Positions 57,230 through 64,000 of a stretch of DNA of 64,000 bases are shown here, in pieces. The translations under genes were made by a program, and so were the position numbers. Location: IMG/VR virus record IMGVR_UViG_3300021961_000025; one strand, 5' to 3'. The notes under the pieces were generated by a model. The model was not told where the DNA came from. It did no database searches and saw only the letters and a program-made list of their open reading frames with translations. This DNA comes from a virus. Within the stretch, counting starts at the first letter, position 1; each line of letters opens with the position of its first letter.

Positions 57230-58774
57230 ATGGAGTTATTTGGTTTTGAGATCAAGAAAAAACTACAAAAGGATATTCCTTCAGTAGTTCAACCGAGTCA
57301 AGATGATGGTTCAACAGTACTTACTGATGTATCAGCTTACTACGGTGTCACACTTGATCTAGACGCTTCAATACGTGGCGAGAACGATCTTATTAAAAGA
57401 TATCGTGAAGTCGCTCAATATCCAGATTGCGATAATGCAATTGAAGATATCGTAAATGAAGCTGTAGTTGCAGAAGATGATGCACCATCAGTAGACATTG
57501 TTCTAGATGATGTTGAATTATCAGAAGGCATTAAAAACAAAATACGTGACGAATTTTATGAGGTCTACAAGTTATTAGATTTCGATGCCAGAGGGCATGA
57601 CTTATTTCGTACTTGGTATGTAGATGGTCGTTTATACTTCCATCTACTACTAGACGAGAAACGTCTGAAAGCAGGTATCGCTGAAACTCGTTACATTGAT
57701 CCACGTAAGATACGTAAGATCAAAAACGTTAAAAAAGAAAAGAATGCGCAAGGTGTTGAAGTTGTAAAAGAAGTAGAAGAATACTACATTTACAATGACA
57801 AGGGTATTACTGATGCGACTTCACAAGGTGTGAAGTTAAGTTTAGATTCAGTAGTATTCTGCCCATCTGGGAACATTGATCAGTCGTCTAATATGACACT
57901 GTCTTATTTGCACAAAGCAATTAAGCCAGTCAATCAGTTAAAGATGATTGAAGATGCGGTAGTTATCTATCGTATTTCTCGTGCTCCAGAGCGTAGAATT
58001 TTTTACATTGATGTAGGTAATATGCCGAAGATTAAGGCTGAACAATACGTCAATGATATTATGAATAAGTTTCGTAATAAAGTAGTTTACGACGCAACGA
58101 CTGGTGAAGTCCGAGATGATCGTAAACATCTTTCAATGATGGAAGATTTTTGGATGCCTCGTAGAGAGGGTGGTAAGGGTACAGAGATTACTACTTTACA
58201 AGGTGGACAGAACTTAGGTGAGATTGCTGATATTCAGTATTTCCAACGTAAGTTATATCAATCATTGAATGTTCCTATGACTAGACTTGTTTCTGAAACA
58301 GGTTTTACTTTAGGAAGAGCAAGCGAAATTACGAGAGACGAAGTTAAGTTTTCTAAGTTTATTGATCGTTTAAGACGTAAATTTAGTCAGTTGTTTTTAG
58401 ATATCCTTAGAGTGCAATGTATTGTTAAGGGTGTTATGTCAGCTGAAGACTGGGATGAATATTCTAGTGATATTCGATTCGACTTCTTGAAAGATAATTT
58501 TTATGCTGAGATCAAAGATAATGAGATTTTGCAACAACGTATTAATATGCTACAACAGATGGAACAGTATATTGGTAAGTATTACTCTATTGACTGGGCT
58601 CGTAAAAATATCTTAAGACAATCTGAGGACGATATTAAAGAAATCGATAAACAGATTGTGGATGAAAAAGATGAGATCGAAGATATGCAGGGTGCACAAA
58701 CTGCTGAGACTGATGAAAACAAACAAGATGAACAAGAAGTTGAAGATAAAATGAAGGAGAATACTGATGAGTAG
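57230..58774 (+). CDS. gp20: Portal protein gp20
   Basis: WYVDGR, YLHKAIKPVNQL.MIEDA.VIYRISRAPERRIFYIDVGN, EDFWMPRREGGKGTEI. Confidence 0.98.
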   Translation: MELFGFEIKKKLQKDIPSVVQPSQDDGSTVLTDVSAYYGVTLDLDASIRGENDLIKRYREVAQYPDCDNAIEDIVNEAVVAEDDAPSVDIVLDDVELSEGIKNKIRDEFYEVYKLLDFDARGHDLFRTWYVDGRLYFHLLLDEKRLKAGIAETRYIDPRKIRKIKNVKKEKNAQGVEVVKEVEEYYIYNDKGITDATSQGVKLSLDSVVFCPSGNIDQSSNMTLSYLHKAIKPVNQLKMIEDAVVIYRISRAPERRIFYIDVGNMPKIKAEQYVNDIMNKFRNKVVYDATTGEVRDDRKHLSMMEDFWMPRREGGKGTEITTLQGGQNLGEIADIQYFQRKLYQSLNVPMTRLVSETGFTLGRASEITRDEVKFSKFIDRLRRKFSQLFLDILRVQCIVKGVMSAEDWDEYSSDIRFDFLKDNFYAEIKDNEILQQRINMLQQMEQYIGKYYSIDWARKNILRQSEDDIKEIDKQIVDEKDEIEDMQGAQTAETDENKQDEQEVEDKMKENTDE

Positions 58775-58988
58775 TATTAGATCACTCATTGACGCAATTG
58801 ATTCTGGTAACAGTATTGAAATTGAAAACAGTTTTAATGCTGGTATGGCTGCAAAAGTTAGCGATAAACTAGATTCTATTCGTAAAGACGTTGCGCAAAT
58901 GATGTTTAAGAACAAAGATGTGGTTGCTGAACCAGAAGTTACTGCTTCACAAGCACAGGTAGAGACTCAAACAGATGAGAAGGCATAA
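58767..58988 (+). CDS. Prohead core protein, gp67-like
   Basis: LIDAIDSGN...F...M..KV...L; directly after the portal gene. Confidence 0.65.
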   Translation: MSSIRSLIDAIDSGNSIEIENSFNAGMAAKVSDKLDSIRKDVAQMMFKNKDVVAEPEVTASQAQVETQTDEKA

Positions 58989-58993
58989 CAACT

Positions 58994-59536
58994 ATGTCAA
59001 AAGGGTTTTGTCAATTTACGCAGACAATACGAGAGCAATCTAATATTGCTGATCGTTTCATTTGCTATGGCAAAACTGTTTGTGTCTTTAAAGATTTTTC
59101 CGTTGCGATCGACGGAGTAAAGTTAGAAGAAGAGTTTAGATCGCTAGAAGAAGCACGAAAGTTTATACGAAAATACGTTTATAACAATAAAATTATAGAA
59201 AGTATTGATACGGATATACCTAGTACAAAAGTAGCAAACTACATTAAACAATACCATAATGTGGATAAGGTTAAAGATACTTTAATAGAATCATACCTCG
59301 AACTTGCTTCTTCTGGCACTTTTTCTGTAGATCCAGTGATTACCGAGATTAAGAAATCACAGTTATCTACATTTGCAAATAAAATAGAGTATGTTCTTGA
59401 AGACAACACTAAGATAGCAATTGATGTTGGGACACAGGAACTACTAAATAATTATTTGAAGAATAAAAATGAAGTTGTTACTTACATGCGTGAGAATAAA
59501 ACAAACTTCATGGCTGTATTAAGAGGAGTAATTTAA
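58994..59536 (+). CDS. Hypothetical head-region protein (gp68 position)
   Basis: Between gp67-like and gp21; N-terminal F..F...IRE. Confidence 0.55.
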   Translation: MSKGFCQFTQTIREQSNIADRFICYGKTVCVFKDFSVAIDGVKLEEEFRSLEEARKFIRKYVYNNKIIESIDTDIPSTKVANYIKQYHNVDKVKDTLIESYLELASSGTFSVDPVITEIKKSQLSTFANKIEYVLEDNTKIAIDVGTQELLNNYLKNKNEVVTYMRENKTNFMAVLRGVI

Positions 59537-59944
59537 ATGGCTGCAACGACAACAATATTGTCAAAATCACATAATAAAGCAATGGTTAGAGTTGTTGCCA
59601 CTGCTGCTGCAGATAACGACACTGTCGATATTTCGGCAGACTTACTTGCTACTAACGAGACTCAAACTGGCACTGCTAAAGTGCACATCGGTAGAGTACT
59701 ATACTCGACTGGTTCGGATGTTAAGATTACACGTAATAGTGTAACAGTTGCACATTTATATGGCAACGGATGGGTTGAAGAAACTTGGTGGAATATTAAC
59801 GATCAAGAAGATCAAGATATTACAGTAACATTCGGTGGCGCAGGTATGGTAGTTTTAGAACTTAAAAAAGTATCTGGATATAACAGTCCAGTAGAAACTG
59901 AGATTTACGGTTCCTACGACGATACTACAACTGTCGGAGCGTAA
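59537..59944 (+). CDS. Hypothetical virion protein
   Basis: SD GAGGAG; C-terminal VLELKKVSGY. Confidence 0.65.
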   Translation: MAATTTILSKSHNKAMVRVVATAAADNDTVDISADLLATNETQTGTAKVHIGRVLYSTGSDVKITRNSVTVAHLYGNGWVEETWWNINDQEDQDITVTFGGAGMVVLELKKVSGYNSPVETEIYGSYDDTTTVGA

Positions 59945-59950
59945 ACAATT

Positions 59951-60604
59951 ATGAAACTGATTAGAGAACATACCGAAGAAGTTAAATACTTGGTCGAAGC
60001 ACCAGTCGGTAAAGAAAAGAATTATTTCATTGAAGGTGTATTCCTTCAAGCAGAAATGAAAAACAGAAATGGACGTAGCTATCCTTTGGAAGTTATGCAA
60101 AAAGAGGTAGGACGTTACACTTCTGAGTATATTAATAAAAATCGTGCATACGGAGAATTAGGACATCCTGATACTCCATCGATTAATCTAGATCGTGTTT
60201 CGCACATGATCAAAGAGTTGAGACTTGAAGGCAGTAACTTTGTCGGCAAGGCAAAAATTATGGATACACCATATGGTAAGATTGTAAAAAGTCTTATTGA
60301 CGAGGGTGCGAATCTCGGTGTGTCTTCTAGAGGGATGGGTTCTTTGAAAACAACGTCAGACGGAACACAAGTTGTTCAAGATGACTTCATGCTAGCAACT
60401 GCTGCAGATATTGTAGCAGATCCAAGTGCACCAGATGCATTTGTTCGTGGAGTTATGGAGGGCAAGGAGTGGGTATTCGTTGACGGAAAATTTATTGATG
60501 CAGATATTGCTGCTATCAAACGTAATATACAGAAAGCAACCTCTAAACAATTGGAGGAGGCAAAAGCATATGCGTTTGCACAATTCCTGCGTAAAATTCA
60601 ATAA
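59951..60604 (+). CDS. gp21: Prohead protease gp21
   Basis: MKLIRE, IEGVFLQAE.KNRNGR.YP, GELGHP, GVSSRGMGSL, DIVADPSAPDA. Confidence 0.97.
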   Translation: MKLIREHTEEVKYLVEAPVGKEKNYFIEGVFLQAEMKNRNGRSYPLEVMQKEVGRYTSEYINKNRAYGELGHPDTPSINLDRVSHMIKELRLEGSNFVGKAKIMDTPYGKIVKSLIDEGANLGVSSRGMGSLKTTSDGTQVVQDDFMLATAADIVADPSAPDAFVRGVMEGKEWVFVDGKFIDADIAAIKRNIQKATSKQLEEAKAYAFAQFLRKIQ

Positions 60605-60646
60605 TTACTAAATATAATGAGAACTCATTAGTTAAGGAGAAACAAA

Positions 60647-61750
60647 ATGTCAATCGAGCAAAAAATTGCTGAACTTCTAGAAGAGTCTAAAAAAGCACAA
60701 GAAGTTGCTGCTACTCTAGAAGAGGCTGTAGGTGAAGACGAAAAGCAAGAAGAAGTTGCTGAAGTTGTAGAACCTGCTAAAGAAGAAGAAATTTCCATTT
60801 CTGAAGAAGAAGTGATCGACGAGTCTAAGAAGAAACCTATGAAAGAAGAGGATGACGAGGACGAAGAAGATGACGACAAAGAAGAAATGAAAAAAGACGA
60901 CGAAGACGAAGATGAAGATGACGATAAGGAAGATAAGAAAAAATCTCCTATCGAATTTAAAAAAGGCGAAAAAGAGAAAATGAAAGAAGAAACAGAAACT
61001 GCTGAAGACGAATTCACAGTAGACGTATCTGATGACGTTAAGGCTCTTTTAAATGGCGAAGAACTTTCAGAAGAGTTCCAAGCTAAAGCTAAAACCATTT
61101 TCGAAACTGTTGTTGTATCTCGTGTAAAACAAGAAGTTGCACGAGTAACCGAAGAATTGAAAGCAGAAAATGAGAAATCATTGGAAGCGATTAAAGAGGG
61201 ACTTGTTGAAAAAGTTGATGGATACCTCAACTACGTAGTTGAGCAGTGGATTGAACAAAATGAAATTGCCCTTGAATCTGGTATGAAAAATGAAATCCTA
61301 GAGAACTTTGTTTCTGGTCTTAAGAATCTATTTGAAGAGCATTATATCGATATTCCTGAAGAGAAATTCGATGTACTTGGCGATTTACAAGAACAAGTAA
61401 ATACTCTTACAAATAAACTTAACGAACAGACAGAAGTAAATGTTAAAATGTCAGGCACTATCAATGATATGAAACGTGCTGAGATTGTTTCTAACGAAGC
61501 AAAGGAAATGACTGAAACAGATGCTGAAAAGTTTAAAGGGTTAGTCGAAGACTTATCTTACGAAGATGTTGATTCATTTACGAAGAAAGTCAAAACTATA
61601 CGTGAAAACTACTTTGCTAAAAAGGCAACTAGTGTTAATGTTAAGTCTGTAGTTTCAGATGAGCCAGTAACAAATCTTCAAGAGGAAAAATATGTTGATC
61701 CTACTATGAAGAAATATACTGAAATGCTTAATCTGTCACGTAAGTCTTAA
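60647..61750 (+). CDS. gp22: Prohead core scaffolding protein gp22
   Basis: LSEEFQAKAKTIFE, VDGYLNYVVEQW, LKNLFEEHYIDIPEEK, IRENYF; acidic N-terminus. Confidence 0.95.
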   Translation: MSIEQKIAELLEESKKAQEVAATLEEAVGEDEKQEEVAEVVEPAKEEEISISEEEVIDESKKKPMKEEDDEDEEDDDKEEMKKDDEDEDEDDDKEDKKKSPIEFKKGEKEKMKEETETAEDEFTVDVSDDVKALLNGEELSEEFQAKAKTIFETVVVSRVKQEVARVTEELKAENEKSLEAIKEGLVEKVDGYLNYVVEQWIEQNEIALESGMKNEILENFVSGLKNLFEEHYIDIPEEKFDVLGDLQEQVNTLTNKLNEQTEVNVKMSGTINDMKRAEIVSNEAKEMTETDAEKFKGLVEDLSYEDVDSFTKKVKTIRENYFAKKATSVNVKSVVSDEPVTNLQEEKYVDPTMKKYTEMLNLSRKS

Positions 61751-61781
61751 TTTAACTTTTTCAACTTAAGGAGAAACTATC

Positions 61782-63050
61782 ATGGATCGTAAAGATCTTC
61801 TAAAAAAATGGGCTCCCATCCTTGAACACGATGGCGTTGCTCCAATTAAAGATAGCTATAGAAAAGAAGTAACTGCTGTTCTTCTAGAGAACCAAGAAAA
61901 ATCTCTACGTGAAGAAAAGCAAGCACTTTTCGAAGCTACTCACAGTAACGCTGCAGGTGCATTACCTGATGCTGGTGGTGTTGCTAAATTCGACCCAGTA
62001 CTAATTTCATTAGTACGTCGTGCTGCTCCTCAAATGATCGCTTATGACGTTTGTGGTGTACAACCAATGACTCAGCCAACTGGTTTGATTTTTGCTATGA
62101 AAGCAAAATACTCATCTCAAGGTGGTACTGAAGCATTATTCAATGAAGCTGACACAGACTTCTCTGGTACAGGTACTCACGCTGGTGCAAACCCAGTTGA
62201 TGGTACTTACACTACTGGTGAAGGTATGACAACTTCTGCTGCTGAAGGTTTAGGTGATGGAAGCACTTTCAATGAAATGGCTTTCTCAATCGAGAAAACT
62301 TCAGTAACTGCTAAGTCACGTGCTCTTAAAGCAGAGTACACTGTTGAATTAGCGCAAGATCTTAAGTCAGTACATGGCTTAGATGCTGAAGGAGAATTAT
62401 CAAATATTCTTTCTACAGAAATTCTTGCTGAGATCAACAGAGAAGTAATCAGAACTATCTACACATCTGCTAAAACAGGTGCTGCTGTAGGAACTGCTGC
62501 TTCTGGTACTTTTGACTTAGACGTAGACGCTAATGGACGTTGGTCTGTTGAGAAATTCAAAGGACTATTGTTCCAAATCGAACGTGAAGCAAATGCTATC
62601 GCTCAAGCTACTCGTCGTGGTAAAGGTAACTTCATCATCTGTTCATCAGATGTTGCAAGTGCTTTAGCTATGGCTGGTGTACTTGACTACGCTCCAGCTT
62701 TAAATACTAGCTTAAATGTTGATGAAGCATCAACTACTTTCGCTGGTGTTCTAAATGGACGTTACAAAGTATATGTTGATCCATATGCTGCGAACCAAGC
62801 ATCTTCACAGTACTTCTTAGTAGGTTACAAAGGCTCTTCAGCATTCGATGCTGGTATGTTCTACTGCCCATATGTACCTCTACAATTAGTACGTGCAGTT
62901 GATCCTGCTACTTTCCAGCCCAAAATTGGCTTTAAGACCAGATACGGCATGGTTGCGAATCCTTTCACATCTCTTGATGGGTCTGGTAATGGTTTGGCTG
63001 CAGGTCAAAACTACTATTATCGTAAGGTCAAGGTTGCCAATTTAATGTAA
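61782..63050 (+). CDS. gp23: Major capsid protein gp23
   Basis: KKWAPIL, DPVLISLVRR, GVQPMTQPTGLIFAM, KSRALKAEY, YCPYVPL, FQPKIGFKTRYG. Confidence 0.98.
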   Translation: MDRKDLLKKWAPILEHDGVAPIKDSYRKEVTAVLLENQEKSLREEKQALFEATHSNAAGALPDAGGVAKFDPVLISLVRRAAPQMIAYDVCGVQPMTQPTGLIFAMKAKYSSQGGTEALFNEADTDFSGTGTHAGANPVDGTYTTGEGMTTSAAEGLGDGSTFNEMAFSIEKTSVTAKSRALKAEYTVELAQDLKSVHGLDAEGELSNILSTEILAEINREVIRTIYTSAKTGAAVGTAASGTFDLDVDANGRWSVEKFKGLLFQIEREANAIAQATRRGKGNFIICSSDVASALAMAGVLDYAPALNTSLNVDEASTTFAGVLNGRYKVYVDPYAANQASSQYFLVGYKGSSAFDAGMFYCPYVPLQLVRAVDPATFQPKIGFKTRYGMVANPFTSLDGSGNGLAAGQNYYYRKVKVANLM

Positions 63051-63076
63051 TCTGACTTTCGGTAGTAACCGAAGTT

Positions 63077-63106
63077 AAAGAGGGGGACTTGTTCCCCCTC
63101 TTTTTT
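63077..63106 (+). terminator. Rho-independent terminator after gp23
   Basis: AAAGAGGGGGA-CTTGT-TCCCCCTCTTTTTT. Confidence 0.9.
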
Positions 63107-63149
63107 AGACAATATTCCAACCAAAGATTAGAGATTACTAAATAGAATT

Positions 63150-63752
63150 ATGATCGTTTATAAAGTAACAAATCAAATCAATAACAAAATCTACGTAGGC
63201 ATCACAACGAAGTCTATGGAGGAGAGGTTCAAGTTACACTCTACGTTTAATCGTAAAGGACTCGGACAGGCTATCACTAAGTATGGTGCAGAGAATTTTA
63301 TCATTGAACAAATAGATACTGCGGACACCCACGAAGAATTAACGCAAAAAGAAATTGATTGGATTGCTAAACTAACTCCACAGTATAATCTTACAAAAGG
63401 TGGTGATGGAACTATTGGATATAAACATTCTGACGACTTTAGAGAATATAGAAAAACCGTAATGCAAGGAAACACCTACCACGCTATGCCACACACTGAA
63501 GAATCTAAAAAACTGATATCTAAAAAGTTAAAAGGTAATACTAATAAAAAAGGAAAGACTGGTGCTAAACTTTCCGATGCTTTTAAAGAAAGACGTAGGG
63601 AAATTATGTTAGAAAACAACCCTGCAAAAGACATAAATATTCGTAAAGTTTTGTCTAAAAAAGCACTCATCAAACATCCCTGCCCACACTGTGGTAAGAC
63701 GATGAACGCAGGGAATCTATCACGCCACGTTAAAATATGCGAGAAAATATAA
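63150..63752 (+). mobile_element. Free-standing GIY-YIG homing endonuclease (Seg-like) with NUMOD3-like repeats and C-terminal zinc finger
   Basis: IVYKVTNQINNKIYVGIT..R, E..WI, YNLTKGGDG, HSDDF / HTEESKKLIS, CPHCGK...H...C. Confidence 0.9.
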
Positions 63753-63910
63753 TGATCTGTCCTGTATGCCAAGACGTATTTAAAACTGACGAAGATTTAA
63801 TTAACCATTTAATTACAGTAGAGAAGTGGCAAAGAGAGGACTTCGAAAGACTTATTAACATCGGTATTCTCTCGAGACACGAAATCGAGGAGTTATTGAG
63901 TCCTAAATAA
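63752..63910 (+). CDS. Small zinc-finger-like protein, 52 aa (MICPVCQDVFKTDEDLINHLITVE...); absent from ORF track
   Basis: Manual translation; TAATG-coupled to the endonuclease; CxxC-F-L-H spacing. Confidence 0.55.
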   Translation: MICPVCQDVFKTDEDLINHLITVEKWQREDFERLINIGILSRHEIEELLSPK

Positions 63911-63950
63911 TAAGATACCTAAATAATAATACATCTACGGAGAAACACAA

Positions 63951-64000
63951 ATGACTGCTACAGCTGGTAACTTTCCCTCGAATATAAATCCATTAAATCC
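63951..64000 (+). CDS. 5' end of probable tail completion protein gp3 (truncated by window end)
   Basis: MTATAGNFPSNINPLNP; SD GGAG; two CTAAATA boxes at 63903 and 63919; usual position downstream of gp23. Confidence 0.55.
   Translation, partial: MTATAGNFPSNINPLN

Larger units (their letters stand above)
14858..63925. promoter_or_regulatory. Dispersed T4-type late promoters, consensus (C/A)TAAATA: 14858 (minus), 21643, 27951, 37849, 38110, 44970, 47484, 56581, 59444, 60608, 63138, 63903, 63919
   Basis: Recurring mostly in short intergenic gaps before structural genes; gp33 is encoded in the window. Confidence 0.75.

Noticed and set aside
60835-60990. GAAGAT/GACGAA-rich stretch as a DNA repeat, and antisense Ser-rich ORF 60628-61230
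   Set aside because: Encodes the acidic low-complexity linker of gp22; the antisense ORF is its mirror
53216-63050. Introns or inteins in gp17, gp20 or gp23
   Set aside because: All ORFs are continuous, of normal length and lack intein motifs
63053-63076. Hairpin TTCGGT-AGTA-ACCGAA after gp23 as a riboswitch or ncRNA
   Set aside because: Too short and in a 3' UTR; no glnA or other riboswitch consensus recognised by eye here or elsewhere (Infernal not run)
1-64000. Stop-codon reassignment
   Set aside because: Core genes are full length in the standard code, and TAA, TAG and TGA all end genes at sensible positions

Overview
AT-rich segment of a T4-like (myovirus) phage genome, probably from an aquatic host; marine pelagi-/methylophage-like affinity is inferred, not shown. 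1-4300 is an accessory block: exonuclease 3' end, peroxiredoxin, class-III aminotransferase, AhpD-like protein, a circularly permuted two-piece tmRNA (tag ANENFALAA), ribosomal protein bS21, an AbrB-like protein and a SleB-like wall hydrolase. 4370-9290 holds small early genes behind near-consensus sigma70 promoters, then gp33, gp59 and gp32. 9290-15310 is a minus-strand late cluster (HAD protein, tape measure, gp51, gp26, gp16, gp54, gp2, gp4). 15395-64000 is the plus-strand morphogenesis region (baseplate, many fibre-like proteins, neck, terminase, sheath, tube, portal, prohead, gp23), followed by a free-standing GIY-YIG endonuclease and the start of a gp3-like gene. Best leads: (1) a putative programmed -1 frameshift fusing gp26 to gp51 directly upstream of the tape measure gene; (2) the tmRNA-bS21 translation cassette; (3) late promoters placed to give leaderless mRNAs; (4) a head-to-tail chain of fibre proteins with recurring terminal motifs; (5) a gp5 with both GH24 lysozyme and M15 peptidase domains; (6) a synonymous codon shift at the gp23 3' end next to the homing endonuclease. 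All family assignments are from recalled motifs and synteny; no searches were run.
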